From Escherichia phage AugustSocin, in sequence record MZ501052: 64,000 nucleotides of DNA. One strand, written 5' to 3'. The notes below the pieces were generated by a model. It did no database searches and had not been told where the DNA came from. It was given only the letters and a program-made list of their open reading frames with translations. Shown here piece by piece: positions 1 to 14,031 of this stretch. How positions within the stretch are numbered: the stretch's first letter is position 1; each line of letters starts with the position of its first letter. The position numbers and the translations under genes are program-made.

Positions 1-2314
<2,314 letters not shown>

Positions 2315-2342
2315 TATTAAAGCATATTAAAGAGGATTAAAA

Positions 2343-4322
2343 ATGACTTTATTATCTCCGGGCATTGAGCTCAAAGAAACTACGGTTCAAAGCACCGTGG
2401 TTAATAACTCTACTGGTACAGCAGCTTTGGCCGGTAAATTCCAGTGGGGTCCTGCTTTTCAGATTAAACAGGTTACAAATGAAGTAGATTTAGTTAATAC
2501 TTTTGGTCAACCAACCGCTGAAACTGCTGACTATTTTATGTCTGCGATGAATTTCTTGCAGTACGGAAATGACTTACGAGTAGTTCGTGCTGTTGATAGA
2601 GATACCGCTAAAAACTCATCTCCGATTGCTGGTAATATTGAATACACAATTTCTACCCCAGGTAGTAACTATGCAGTTGGAGATAAAATCACGGTCAAAT
2701 ATGTTTCAGATGATATTGAAACTGAAGGTAAAATTACTGAAGTAGACGCAGATGGAAAAATTAAGAAAATTAATATTCCTACTGCAAAAATTATCGCTAA
2801 AGCAAAAGAAGTCGGTGAATATCCAACACTAGGTTCTAACTGGACTGCAGAAATTTCTTCATCTTCTTCCGGTTTAGCTGCAGTAATAACTCTTGGAAAA
2901 ATTATTACTGATTCCGGTATTTTATTAGCTGAAATCGAGAGCGCTGAAACTGCTATGACAGCAGTTGATTTTCAGGCAAATCTTGAAAAATATGGAATTC
3001 CAGGAGTAGTAGCTCTCTATCCAGGCGAATTAGGCGATAAAATTGAAATTGAAATCGTATCTAAAGCTGACTATGCGAAAGGCGCTTCTGCATTACTCCC
3101 AATTTATCCAGGTGGTGGTACTCGTGCATCTACTGCTAAAGCGGTGTTTGGATATGGACCACAAACTGATTCACAGTACGCTATTATAGTTCGTCGAAAT
3201 GATGCTATTGTTCAAAGCGTTGTTCTTTCAACTAAGCGTGGTGAAAAAGATATTTACGATAGTAACATCTATATCGATGACTTTTTCGCAAAAGGTGGTT
3301 CAGAATATATTTTTGCAACTGCACAAAACTGGCCAGAAGGCTTCTCTGGAATTTTAACTCTGTCTGGTGGATTATCATCAAATGCTGAAGTAACAGCAGG
3401 AGATTTGATGGAAGCTTGGGACTTCTTTGCTGACCGTGAATCTGTTGACGTTCAACTGTTTATTGCGGGTTCTTGTGCTGGTGAATCTTTAGAAACAGCA
3501 TCTACTGTCCAAAAACACGTCGTTTCAATTGGTGATGCTCGTCAAGATTGCTTAGTATTGTGCTCACCACCGCGTGAAACTGTAGTTGGAATTCCTGTAA
3601 CCCGTGCTGTTGATAACTTAGTCAATTGGAGAACTGCAGCAGGTTCATACACTGATAATAACTTTAATATCAGTTCAACCTACGCAGCAATTGATGGTAA
3701 CTACAAATATCAGTATGACAAATATAATGATGTGAATCGTTGGGTCCCATTAGCAGCTGATATTGCTGGATTGTGTGCAAGAACTGATAACGTATCTCAG
3801 ACTTGGATGTCTCCAGCTGGTTATAATCGTGGCCAGATTCTTAACGTTATTAAACTTGCTATTGAAACTCGCCAGGCTCAGCGCGACCGTTTATACCAAG
3901 AAGCTATCAACCCAGTAACTGGTACAGGTGGTGATGGTTACGTATTGTATGGTGATAAAACAGCTACTTCTGTTCCTTCTCCATTTGATCGTATTAACGT
4001 TCGTCGTCTGTTTAATATGTTGAAAACGAATATCGGACGCAGTTCAAAATATCGTTTGTTCGAATTAAACAATGCGTTTACTCGTTCTTCATTCCGTACA
4101 GAAACTGCTCAGTACTTGCAAGGAATTAAAGCTCTTGGCGGAATTTATGAATATCGTGTAGTTTGCGATACAACAAATAACACTCCGTCAGTAATTGATA
4201 GAAATGAGTTTGTTGCAACATTCTACATCCAACCGGCGCGCAGTATAAATTATATCCAGCTTAACTTCGTTGCGACTGCTACTGGTGCAGATTTCGATGA
4301 GTTAACTGGTCTTGCTGGTTAA
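2343..4322 (+). CDS. 18: contractile tail sheath protein
   Basis: 659 aa, T4 gp18 length; follows a TATAAATA late promoter. Confidence 0.95.
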   Translation: MTLLSPGIELKETTVQSTVVNNSTGTAALAGKFQWGPAFQIKQVTNEVDLVNTFGQPTAETADYFMSAMNFLQYGNDLRVVRAVDRDTAKNSSPIAGNIEYTISTPGSNYAVGDKITVKYVSDDIETEGKITEVDADGKIKKINIPTAKIIAKAKEVGEYPTLGSNWTAEISSSSSGLAAVITLGKIITDSGILLAEIESAETAMTAVDFQANLEKYGIPGVVALYPGELGDKIEIEIVSKADYAKGASALLPIYPGGGTRASTAKAVFGYGPQTDSQYAIIVRRNDAIVQSVVLSTKRGEKDIYDSNIYIDDFFAKGGSEYIFATAQNWPEGFSGILTLSGGLSSNAEVTAGDLMEAWDFFADRESVDVQLFIAGSCAGESLETASTVQKHVVSIGDARQDCLVLCSPPRETVVGIPVTRAVDNLVNWRTAAGSYTDNNFNISSTYAAIDGNYKYQYDKYNDVNRWVPLAADIAGLCARTDNVSQTWMSPAGYNRGQILNVIKLAIETRQAQRDRLYQEAINPVTGTGGDGYVLYGDKTATSVPSPFDRINVRRLFNMLKTNIGRSSKYRLFELNNAFTRSSFRTETAQYLQGIKALGGIYEYRVVCDTTNNTPSVIDRNEFVATFYIQPARSINYIQLNFVATATGADFDELTGLAG

Positions 4323-4338
4323 TACGGTGCATTCTAAA

Positions 4339-4356
4339 GGCCTGTTTCGACAGGCC
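4339..4356 (+). other. stem-loop between genes 18 and 19
   Basis: GGCCTG-TTTCGA-CAGGCC perfect 6-bp inverted repeat; no U-run, so more likely processing or stability element than terminator. Confidence 0.4.
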
Positions 4357-4357
4357 A

Positions 4358-4365
4358 TATAAATA
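4358..4365 (+). promoter_or_regulatory. late promoter (TATAAATA), upstream copy before gene 19
   Basis: exact TATAAATA just after a stem-loop. Confidence 0.5.
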
Positions 4366-4416
4366 CACTATATCCTTAATTCTTTAATTCTATATGCCCT
4401 AGGTTAAACATAGGGA

Positions 4417-4424
4417 TATAAATA
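4417..4424 (+). promoter_or_regulatory. late promoter (TATAAATA) for gene 19
   Basis: exact TATAAATA 14 nt before the gene 19 ATG. Confidence 0.6.
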
Positions 4425-4438
4425 CTACAGAGGCTAAT

Positions 4439-4930
4439 ATGTTTGTAGATGATGTAACACGAGCGTTTGAATCTGGTGATTTTGCTCGACCTAACTTATT
4501 CCAAGTAGAAATTTCTTATCTTGGACAAAATTTTACGTTTCAATGTAAAGCCACTGCTTTACCAGCTGGTATTGTAGAAAAAATTCCAGTCGGATTTATG
4601 AACCGTAAAATTAACGTGGCAGGCGATCGTACATTCGATGACTGGACTGTTACAGTAATGAACGATGAGGCACATGATGCTCGCCAGAAGTTCGTTGATT
4701 GGCAAAGCATTGCTGCTGGTCAAGGAAACGAAATTACTGGTGGAAAACCTGCAGAGTATAAAAAGAGCGCTATCGTTCGTCAATATGCTCGTGACGCTAA
4801 AACAGTAACAAAAGAAATTGAAATTAAAGGTCTATGGCCTACTAACGTGGGTGAACTTCAATTAGATTGGGATTCAAACAATGAAATTCAAACCTTTGAA
4901 GTAACTCTTGCTCTCGATTATTGGGAATAA
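4439..4930 (+). CDS. 19: tail tube protein
   Basis: 163 aa, T4 gp19-like; late promoter 14 nt upstream. Confidence 0.95.
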   Translation: MFVDDVTRAFESGDFARPNLFQVEISYLGQNFTFQCKATALPAGIVEKIPVGFMNRKINVAGDRTFDDWTVTVMNDEAHDARQKFVDWQSIAAGQGNEITGGKPAEYKKSAIVRQYARDAKTVTKEIEIKGLWPTNVGELQLDWDSNNEIQTFEVTLALDYWE

Positions 4931-4962
4931 AATGAATGGGGAGAAATCCCCATCCTGCTTAA

Positions 4963-6587
<1,625 letters not shown>

Positions 6588-6588
<1 letters not shown>

Positions 6589-6836
6589 TGGAAGGTTTAA
6601 TTGAAGCTATTAAATCAAACGACCTCGTAGCCGCTCGTAAATTATTTGCTGAAGCCATGGCTGCAAGAACGATTGATTTAATTAAAGAAGAAAAAATCGC
6701 TATCGCTCGTAATTTCTTAATCGAAGGTGAAGAACCTGATGACGAGGATGATGACGAAGACGAAGATAGTGATGATAAAGACGACAAAAAAGACAAAGAT
6801 TCTGATGAAGATGACGAAGACGAGGATGATGAATAA
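6588..6836 (+). CDS. 67: prohead core protein with polyacidic C-terminus
   Basis: 82 aa, TAATG overlap with gene 20 stop; C-terminal run of D/E residues. Confidence 0.8.
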
Positions 6837-7261
6837 TGCTTCTGATCCCTGAAACTCATGAATTAGTTCTCGAGAATGTCGAAGCACTTATTCCTGAAGC
6901 ACAGGGTCGCTTTGACGAATTGTCTTCTGCTTTAAATAAAGACGATATAAATACAATTGTCGAGAATATGCTTGATGATGAAACTGATTTAGCGGTTGCA
7001 TTAGCTTCTATTAATGAAAATATGCCGCTAAATGAATTTATCGTTAAACATGTTTCCGCCCGTGGTGAAATTACTCGCACTAAAGACCGCAAAACGCGTG
7101 AACGTAATGCATTTCAAACCACTGGGTTGTCTAAAGCAAAACGTAGACAAATTGCTCGTAAAGCTACCAAAACGAAGATTGCCAATCCAGCAGGTCAATC
7201 TCGTGCTCAGCGTAAGCGTAAAAAAGCTCTTAAACGCCGTAAAGCATTAGGATTAAGCTAA
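6836..7261 (+). CDS. 68: prohead core protein
   Basis: 141 aa, basic C-terminus, position between 67 and 21 as in T4. Confidence 0.8.
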
Positions 7262-7899
7262 TGAATGAACCCCAATTACTAATTGAAACTTGGGGTCAAC
7301 CTGGCGAAATTATTGATGGCGTACCAATGCTTGAATCCCATGATGGAAAAGACTTAGGTTTAAAACCGGGTTTATACATCGAAGGAATATTCATGCAAGC
7401 GGAAGTTGTCAATAGAAATAAACGTCTTTATCCAAAACGTATATTAGAAAAAGCGGTAAAAGACTATATTAATGAGCAAGTTTTAACTAAACAAGCTCTC
7501 GGAGAATTAAATCATCCTCCACGCGCTAATGTTGACCCGATGCAAGCCGCTATCATTATAGAAGATATGTGGTGGAAAGGAAATGACGTATACGGACGAG
7601 CTCGTGTTATTGAAGGTGACCATGGTCCTGGAGATAAATTAGCAGCTAATATTCGTGCCGGATGGATTCCAGGAGTTTCTTCTCGTGGATTAGGTTCATT
7701 GACTGACACAAATAAAGGTTATCGTATCGTAAACGAAGGATTCAAATTAACTGTAGGTGTTGATGCAGTATGGGGTCCAAGTGCTCCAGATGCATGGGTA
7801 ACTCCTAAGGAAATTACCGAATCACAGACGGCGGAAGCCGATACAAGTGCCGATGACGCCTATATGGCTCTCGCAGAGGCCATGAAAAAAGCGTTATAA
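7261..7899 (+). CDS. 21: prohead core protease
   Basis: 212 aa, T4 gp21 length and position. Confidence 0.9.
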   Translation: MNEPQLLIETWGQPGEIIDGVPMLESHDGKDLGLKPGLYIEGIFMQAEVVNRNKRLYPKRILEKAVKDYINEQVLTKQALGELNHPPRANVDPMQAAIIIEDMWWKGNDVYGRARVIEGDHGPGDKLAANIRAGWIPGVSSRGLGSLTDTNKGYRIVNEGFKLTVGVDAVWGPSAPDAWVTPKEITESQTAEADTSADDAYMALAEAMKKAL

Positions 7900-7902
7900 A
7901 TA
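7895..7902 (+). promoter_or_regulatory. late promoter (TATAAATA) for gene 22
   Basis: exact TATAAATA 27 nt before the gene 22 ATG. Confidence 0.6.
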
Positions 7903-7929
7903 TTATTATCTAAACAACAGGACTACAAA

Positions 7930-8739
7930 ATGCTTAAAGAACAACTGATTGCCGAAGCGCAGAAAATTGATGCTTCCGTTGCTCTTGATAGTATTTTCGA
8001 ATCAGTTAATATTTCTCCGGAAGCAAAAGAAACTTTCGGCACTGTATTCGAAGCTACCGTCAAGCAGCACGCCGTTAAATTAGCTGAATCTCATATCGCT
8101 AAAATTGCTGAAAAAGCAGAAGAAGAAGTAGAAAAAAATAAAGAAGAAGCCGAAGAAAAAGCTGAGAAGAAAATCGCTGAGCAAGCTTCTAAATTCATTG
8201 ACCATCTTGCAAAAGAATGGCTCGCTGAAAATAAATTAGCAGTTGATAAAGGCATCAAAGCCGAACTGTTTGAATCCATGCTTGGTGGATTAAAAGAGCT
8301 CTTTGTTGAACACAACGTTGTTGTTCCAGAAGAATCAGTTGATGTTGTAGCTGAAATGGAAGAAGAGCTGCAAGAACATAAAGAAGAATCAGCTCGTCTG
8401 TTCGAAGAACTCAATAAGCGTGACGCATATATCAATTATGTGCAGCGTGAAGTGGCATTGAGCGAAAGTACTAAAGATCTGACTGAGTCTCAAAAAGAAA
8501 AAGTCTCTGCTCTGGTCGAAGGTATGGATTATTCAGATGCATTCTCAAGTAAATTGAGTGCAATCGTAGAAATGGTGAAGAAATCTAATAAAGATGAAAG
8601 CACTATTACTGAGAGTATAAATACTCCTGATACTGAAGCAGCCGGACTGAATTTCGTCACTGAAGCTGTAGAAGATAAAGCTGCACAAGGTGCAGAAGAT
8701 ATTGTAAGTGTATATGCGAAAGTCGCATCTCGTTTCTAA
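7930..8739 (+). CDS. 22: prohead scaffolding core protein
   Basis: 269 aa, highly charged coiled-coil-like sequence, T4 gp22 position. Confidence 0.9.
   Translation: MLKEQLIAEAQKIDASVALDSIFESVNISPEAKETFGTVFEATVKQHAVKLAESHIAKIAEKAEEEVEKNKEEAEEKAEKKIAEQASKFIDHLAKEWLAENKLAVDKGIKAELFESMLGGLKELFVEHNVVVPEESVDVVAEMEEELQEHKEESARLFEELNKRDAYINYVQREVALSESTKDLTESQKEKVSALVEGMDYSDAFSSKLSAIVEMVKKSNKDESTITESINTPDTEAAGLNFVTEAVEDKAAQGAEDIVSVYAKVASRF
8616..8623 (+). promoter_or_regulatory. late promoter (TATAAATACTCC) inside the 3' end of gene 22, candidate P23
   Basis: exact TATAAATA followed by CTCC; I recall this context for the T4 gene 23 late promoter. Confidence 0.6.
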
Positions 8740-8757
8740 TTTTAAAGGTTAACACAA

Positions 8758-10323
8758 ATGACTATCAAAACTAAAGCTGAACTTTTGAACAAATGGAAGC
8801 CATTACTGGAAGGTGAAGGTTTACCGGAAATTGCTAATAGCAAACAAGCGATTATCGCTAAAATCTTTGAAAACCAGGAAAAAGATTTCCAGACAGCTCC
8901 GGAATATAAAGACGAAAAAATTGCTCAGGCATTCGGTTCTTTCTTAACAGAAGCTGAAATCGGTGGTGACCACGGTTACAATGCTACCAACATCGCTGCA
9001 GGTCAGACTTCTGGCGCAGTAACTCAGATTGGCCCAGCTGTTATGGGTATGGTACGTCGTGCTATTCCTAACCTGATTGCTTTCGATATTTGTGGTGTTC
9101 AGCCGATGAACAGCCCGACTGGCCAGGTATTCGCATTGCGTGCAGTATATGGTAAAGACCCAATCGCTTCCGGCGCTAAAGAAGCATTCCACCCAATGTA
9201 TGGTCCAGATGCAATGTTCTCTGGTCAGGGTGCTGCTAAGAAATTCCCAGCTCTGGCTGCTAGCACACAAACCGTTGTAGGTGATATCTATACTCACTTC
9301 TTCCAGGAAACTGGTACTGTGTATCTGCAAGCTTCCGCTGTAGTAACAATCGATGCTGGTGCGACTGATGCTGCTAAATTAGATGCTGAAATTAAGAAAC
9401 AAATGGAAGCTGGTGCACTGGTAGAAATCGCTGAAGGTATGGCTACTTCTATCGCTGAACTTCAGGAAGGTTTCAATGGTTCTACCGATAACCCATGGAA
9501 TGAAATGGGCTTCCGTATCGATAAGCAAGTTATCGAAGCTAAATCTCGTCAGCTGAAAGCTGCTTACTCTATCGAATTAGCACAGGACCTCCGCGCTGTT
9601 CACGGTATGGATGCTGATGCTGAACTGTCTGGTATTCTGGCTACAGAAATTATGCTGGAAATTAACCGTGAAGTTGTTGATTGGATTAACTACTCAGCTC
9701 AGGTTGGTAAATCTGGTATGACCCTGACTCCGGGTTCTAAAGCTGGTGTATTTGACTTCCAGGACCCAATCGATATTCGTGGTGCTCGCTGGGCAGGTGA
9801 ATCCTTTAAAGCTCTGTTGTTCCAGATTGACAAAGAAGCAGTTGAAATTGCTCGTCAGACCGGTCGTGGTGAAGGTAACTTCATTATCGCTTCCCGTAAC
9901 GTAGTTAACGTTCTGGCTTCAGTTGATACTGGCATTTCTTATGCTGCACAAGGTCTGGCTACCGGCTTTAACACTGATACTACCAAGTCAGTATTTGCTG
10001 GTGTTCTGGGTGGTAAATACCGCGTATATATCGACCAGTATGCTAAACAGGATTATTTCACTGTAGGTTATAAAGGTCCGAACGAAATGGATGCTGGTAT
10101 TTACTATGCTCCATATGTAGCTCTGACTCCGCTGCGTGGTTCCGATCCGAAGAACTTCCAACCGGTAATGGGATTCAAAACTCGTTACGGTATCGGTATC
10201 AACCCATTTGCAGAATCCGCTGCTCAGGCTCCGGCTTCTCGCATTCAGAGTGGTATGCCTTCTATCCTGAACAGCCTTGGTAAGAACGCTTACTTTAGAC
10301 GTGTATATGTTAAAGGTATCTAA
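8758..10323 (+). CDS. 23: major capsid protein
   Basis: 521 aa; near-identical to recalled T4 gp23 (MTIKTKAELLNKWKPLLEGEG...). Confidence 0.97.
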   Translation: MTIKTKAELLNKWKPLLEGEGLPEIANSKQAIIAKIFENQEKDFQTAPEYKDEKIAQAFGSFLTEAEIGGDHGYNATNIAAGQTSGAVTQIGPAVMGMVRRAIPNLIAFDICGVQPMNSPTGQVFALRAVYGKDPIASGAKEAFHPMYGPDAMFSGQGAAKKFPALAASTQTVVGDIYTHFFQETGTVYLQASAVVTIDAGATDAAKLDAEIKKQMEAGALVEIAEGMATSIAELQEGFNGSTDNPWNEMGFRIDKQVIEAKSRQLKAAYSIELAQDLRAVHGMDADAELSGILATEIMLEINREVVDWINYSAQVGKSGMTLTPGSKAGVFDFQDPIDIRGARWAGESFKALLFQIDKEAVEIARQTGRGEGNFIIASRNVVNVLASVDTGISYAAQGLATGFNTDTTKSVFAGVLGGKYRVYIDQYAKQDYFTVGYKGPNEMDAGIYYAPYVALTPLRGSDPKNFQPVMGFKTRYGIGINPFAESAAQAPASRIQSGMPSILNSLGKNAYFRRVYVKGI

Positions 10324-10349
10324 TCTCTAACGATAGAAACACAATTTTA

Positions 10350-10367
10350 GGGAACCTTCGGGTTCCC
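10350..10367. terminator. hairpin terminator between gene 23 and segD
   Basis: GGGAACC-TTCG-GGTTCCC followed by TTTTT on the plus strand; also lies just past the segD stop. Confidence 0.7.
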
Positions 10368-10372
10368 TTTTT

Positions 10373-11044
10373 CTATTTTATACGATAGCAATCAGGCATA
10401 TCATCCGCATTTATCCAATTGCGAATAGTTTTAGGACTAACTTTAAAATGCTCCGCTGCGTAATCAGGATTATCAAATTTAACGCCCTTTATACATATTG
10501 GAATAAATTTTTTAATACCACCAAGTTTTTCAGAAATAGCTTTACGATGTGAAATCGATATAGGTTTATTTTTTCGTGGATGAACATGTGTTTTATAGTA
10601 TTCATTGCGCCCTTTAACTCGCTTCGCAATAGTTTCATCAGATTGCTTAACGCCTGTTTTTGCCTTTGATATTTTTCGTTTAGCTTCCACAGTCATTCCT
10701 TCTTTTGTTCGTATTGATAACATATTACGATATGAAGGATCTTGCAAATGAACTATAACTGGATTTCCTCTGCCACCAATAGCAGCATTATAGGTATCAG
10801 TTCTCATAACGAATTCCTCATTGACTAGTAAAGCTTCCATTTTATACATCTCCTCAGATGAGGAGAAAGAATAAAGAATTTCTTTTTTAAAGTTATGAAT
10901 ACCATATTTTTTGATGGATTTTTTGATGTTTACTCCAGAACCCATATAACCATCGTTTTCGTCAAGAGTAGCATGAGCTCCGATGTAAATTTTTCCATTG
11001 ATGATATTAGTAATTTGATATATTAAATATTTCATTTTAAACAT
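10373..11044 (-). CDS. segD: GIY-YIG homing endonuclease (SegD-like)
   Basis: KYLIYQITNIINGKIYIGAH GIY-YIG motif; sits between 23 and 24 where I recall T4 segD; start placed at the third in-frame Met (223 aa), the track start at 11074 is an alternative. Confidence 0.75.
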   Translation of the reverse strand: MFKMKYLIYQITNIINGKIYIGAHATLDENDGYMGSGVNIKKSIKKYGIHNFKKEILYSFSSSEEMYKMEALLVNEEFVMRTDTYNAAIGGRGNPVIVHLQDPSYRNMLSIRTKEGMTVEAKRKISKAKTGVKQSDETIAKRVKGRNEYYKTHVHPRKNKPISISHRKAISEKLGGIKKFIPICIKGVKFDNPDYAAEHFKVSPKTIRNWINADDMPDCYRIK

Positions 11045-11099
11045 CGCTCCGTTTGTATATGAATATAATATCATATTACTTTGGTCTTGTAAATAACTT

Positions 11100-11107
11100 T
11101 ATAAATA
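11100..11107 (+). promoter_or_regulatory. late promoter (TATAAATA) for gene 24
   Basis: exact TATAAATA 27 nt before the gene 24 ATG. Confidence 0.6.
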
Positions 11108-11134
11108 GTATTATATTTCAACAAGGAAAATACA

Positions 11135-12418
11135 ATGGCTAAAATCAACGAACTTCTGCGCGAATCAACCACAACGAATAGCAACTCAATCGGTCGCCCA
11201 AATCTCGTTGCTTTGACTCGCGCTACCACTAAATTAATATATTCTGACATTGTAGCAACGCAAAGAACTAATCAACCTGTTGCTGCTTTTTATGGTATCA
11301 AATACCTTAACCCAGACAATGAATTTACATTTAAAACTGGTGCTACTTACGCTGGCGAAGCTGGATATGTAGACCGAGAACAAATCACAGAATTAACAGA
11401 AGAGTCTAAATTAACTCTCAATAAAGGCGATTTATTCAAATATAATAATATCGTTTATAAAGTATTAGAAGATACACCATTTGCTGATATTGAAGAAAGC
11501 GACTTAGAGTTAGCTCTTCAGATTGCAATTGTTCTTTTAAAGGTTCGTCTATTTTCTGACGCAGCGTCAACAAGCAAATTTGAAAGCTCTGATAGTGAAA
11601 TCGCGGATGCTAGATTCCAGATTAATAAATGGCAAACCGCAGTTAAATCTCGTAAACTTAAAACTGGCATCACAGTTGAATTAGCACAAGATTTAGAAGC
11701 AAATGGATTCGATGCTCCTAATTTCTTGGAAGATTTGCTTGCAACTGAAATGGCAGATGAAATCAATAAAGATATTCTACAGTCTTTGATTACAGTGTCA
11801 AAACGCTATAAAGTTACAGGAATTACTGATAGTGGATTCATCGATTTGAGTTATGCATCTGCTCCTGAAGCTGGTCGTTCATTATACCGAATGGTATGTG
11901 AAATGGTTTCGCATATCCAAAAAGAATCAACTTATACAGCAACGTTCTGTGTTGCTTCGGCTCGTGCCGCTGCGATTCTTGCTGCATCAGGTTGGTTAAA
12001 ACATAAACCAGAAGATGATAAATATCTTTCACAAAATGCCTATGGGTTCTTAGCTAATGGTTTACCGCTTTATTGCGATACTAACAGCCCATTAGATTAT
12101 GTAATCGTTGGCGTAGTAGAAAATATCGGTGAAAAAGAAATTGTTGGATCAATTTTCTATGCTCCGTATACAGAAGGTCTCGACTTAGATGACCCTGAAC
12201 ATGTAGGTGCATTTAAAGTTGTGGTTGATCCAGAAAGCTTACAACCGTCTATCGGTTTATTAGTTAGATATGCTTTATCTGCAAATCCTTACACCGTAGC
12301 AAAAGATGAAAAAGAAGCAAGAATAATTGATGGTGGAGACATGGATAAAATGGCGGGTCGTTCAGATTTGTCTGTTTTATTAGGTGTTAAATTACCAAAA
12401 ATTATTATCGATGAATAA
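11135..12418 (+). CDS. 24: capsid vertex protein
   Basis: 427 aa, gp23 paralog, T4 gp24 length. Confidence 0.95.
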   Translation: MAKINELLRESTTTNSNSIGRPNLVALTRATTKLIYSDIVATQRTNQPVAAFYGIKYLNPDNEFTFKTGATYAGEAGYVDREQITELTEESKLTLNKGDLFKYNNIVYKVLEDTPFADIEESDLELALQIAIVLLKVRLFSDAASTSKFESSDSEIADARFQINKWQTAVKSRKLKTGITVELAQDLEANGFDAPNFLEDLLATEMADEINKDILQSLITVSKRYKVTGITDSGFIDLSYASAPEAGRSLYRMVCEMVSHIQKESTYTATFCVASARAAAILAASGWLKHKPEDDKYLSQNAYGFLANGLPLYCDTNSPLDYVIVGVVENIGEKEIVGSIFYAPYTEGLDLDDPEHVGAFKVVVDPESLQPSIGLLVRYALSANPYTVAKDEKEARIIDGGDMDKMAGRSDLSVLLGVKLPKIIIDE

Positions 12419-12424
12419 AACAAA

Positions 12425-12440
12425 GGGACCTTTCGGTCCC
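12425..12440. terminator. bidirectional hairpin terminator between gene 24 and rnlB
   Basis: GGGACC-TTTC-GGTCCC flanked by A-run and T-run. Confidence 0.7.
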
Positions 12441-12447
12441 TTTTTAT

Positions 12448-13452
12448 TTAGCTCACCAACTCAATCCAAGCTGGACGAAGTACATCTTGTACCATTTTAA
12501 CTAATTCCTTTTTAATCAAAGAAGGATTATCTGCTTGAGTTAGAGTAATACCTTCACGAGAAGTTTCTTCCAAAATATCTTGAACAGTTAGCCCCATCAC
12601 CTTTCCAAAATCCTTTGGACCAATTTCGCCAATTTTAGAAATAACGTTATTTACGCGGTTCAGTGTAACGTAACAAGCTAAAATTCCCACCAATTTGTTA
12701 TCAGCTTCTGATAGCTCAACTTTAGCTTTAATAGGCTTATCAGACTTTTTCTTTTCACTAAATTTGGAATTCTTGCATTTAATTGCTACACGATTTCCAT
12801 TACGAAGCCAAGAAGGATAACAAGGTTTCAATACATATCCTTCAGCGGTAAATACTTCGCCTTTTGCTTCGGCATTCCAAACGCATTTATTTGCATCAAC
12901 TAATCCAGCATGGTCTACTGTAAAATTATAATCTTGGACGACAGAATCTAAATCATTTGGCAATTTAATAAGCTCTTCAAATTTACCGCGACCTAAAAGT
13001 GGAGCCATTTTAAATTTAAATGTGTTGCAGAATGATTCCATCATATAATCGTCGACATAAGTCACATCACCACTTTCTGTAGTGACAATAATGTCAAATA
13101 CATAAAAATCTTTATCGCCATAATCGACATTCTTCTGAATGCCAGGTCCAGCGAATTCGCCAAAGACTTGATAAGATACAACTGCTGAAGTTTCCATAAT
13201 ATCTTGTACTGCTTTAATGGAATCAGCGTAATTCTTTAGAATAATTTCATACCCAAAGAAATCTTCAGCAGGAAGAATCGGTCCAGTACGTTTAGCGCAA
13301 GTTACTTTATCACGCTCAATAATCAATGAGAAATTTGTGCCGTGAATCTTTTCACGAGCTACCCATTCGCCGCCAGTCAATCCCAAGCTGTAAAGTTTTT
13401 CAATAAATTTAGAGTTGTAATGATTTTCAAGACTGCTATACTTTTTAAACAT
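12448..13452 (-). CDS. rnlB: RNA ligase 2
   Basis: 334 aa; matches recalled T4 Rnl2 ([42 protein letters not shown]...). Confidence 0.95.
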   Translation of the reverse strand: MFKKYSSLENHYNSKFIEKLYSLGLTGGEWVAREKIHGTNFSLIIERDKVTCAKRTGPILPAEDFFGYEIILKNYADSIKAVQDIMETSAVVSYQVFGEFAGPGIQKNVDYGDKDFYVFDIIVTTESGDVTYVDDYMMESFCNTFKFKMAPLLGRGKFEELIKLPNDLDSVVQDYNFTVDHAGLVDANKCVWNAEAKGEVFTAEGYVLKPCYPSWLRNGNRVAIKCKNSKFSEKKKSDKPIKAKVELSEADNKLVGILACYVTLNRVNNVISKIGEIGPKDFGKVMGLTVQDILEETSREGITLTQADNPSLIKKELVKMVQDVLRPAWIELVS

Positions 13453-13461
13453 AATTAATCC

Positions 13462-13740
13462 TCAAAATGTAATTTCTAACCAATCACCATCACGCTGATC
13501 ACTATTGACTTTAAAGCTAAATCCTTCTTTTCTAAGCCAATCACCAATTTCTTCAGTAATCAATTTATCGCGAGCAGTACAATAATAACTAAAATGTGTT
13601 TTACCTTGTTCAGCTGCTTTATTAGCAAGTTCCGAAAAATCTTTAATAAAACACTCTAGCTTAAACTGTTTACTTTTAAGTGCTTTTTCGCGTAATTGAT
13701 TAGCAAAAGATTCATTTTCATAAAGATCATACTGTTCCAT
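13462..13740 (-). CDS. hypothetical protein (T4 24.2 position)
   Basis: 92-aa ORF tightly packed after the next ORF. Confidence 0.6.
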   Translation of the reverse strand: MEQYDLYENESFANQLREKALKSKQFKLECFIKDFSELANKAAEQGKTHFSYYCTARDKLITEEIGDWLRKEGFSFKVNSDQRDGDWLEITF

Positions 13741-13942
13741 TTTTCACCTTTTTATTGATATGTCTTTTTCTATAGACAACTTTTTCTCGAGTTTCAAACT
13801 TATTCTTAGCAGTCATAGCTCGAGCCCATAATACAGCCACTTCTTTCGCCTGTAAGTTTAATTCACGAGCAATTTCAATGAATGACTTTCCAGACTCATG
13901 AAGAGTAAACACCACAACCTCAGTTCTCATAATCAATCTCAT
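13727..13942 (-). CDS. hypothetical small protein, possible helix-turn-helix (T4 24.3 position)
   Basis: 71-aa ORF; segment SGKSFIEIARELNLQAKEV resembles an HTH; start uncertain. Confidence 0.5.
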   Translation of the reverse strand: MRLIMRTEVVVFTLHESGKSFIEIARELNLQAKEVAVLWARAMTAKNKFETREKVVYRKRHINKKVKNGTV

Positions 13943-14010
13943 GTTATCGAGTTGGTGCCATTATATACATCATTTTCTGAGTGTGTTTTGTGTGCTTTCA
14001 AAATGAAGAA

Positions 14011-14026
14011 AGGGGCCGAAGCCCCT
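14011..14026 (-). terminator. hairpin terminator after hoc
   Basis: AGGGGC-CGAA-GCCCCT, U-rich on the minus strand after the stem. Confidence 0.6.
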
Positions 14027-14031
14027 TATGA

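Noticed and set aside
8091-8435. 114-aa minus-strand ORF inside gene 22
   Set aside because: Antisense to a well-supported scaffold gene; low-complexity S/A-rich artefact of the charged coding strand.
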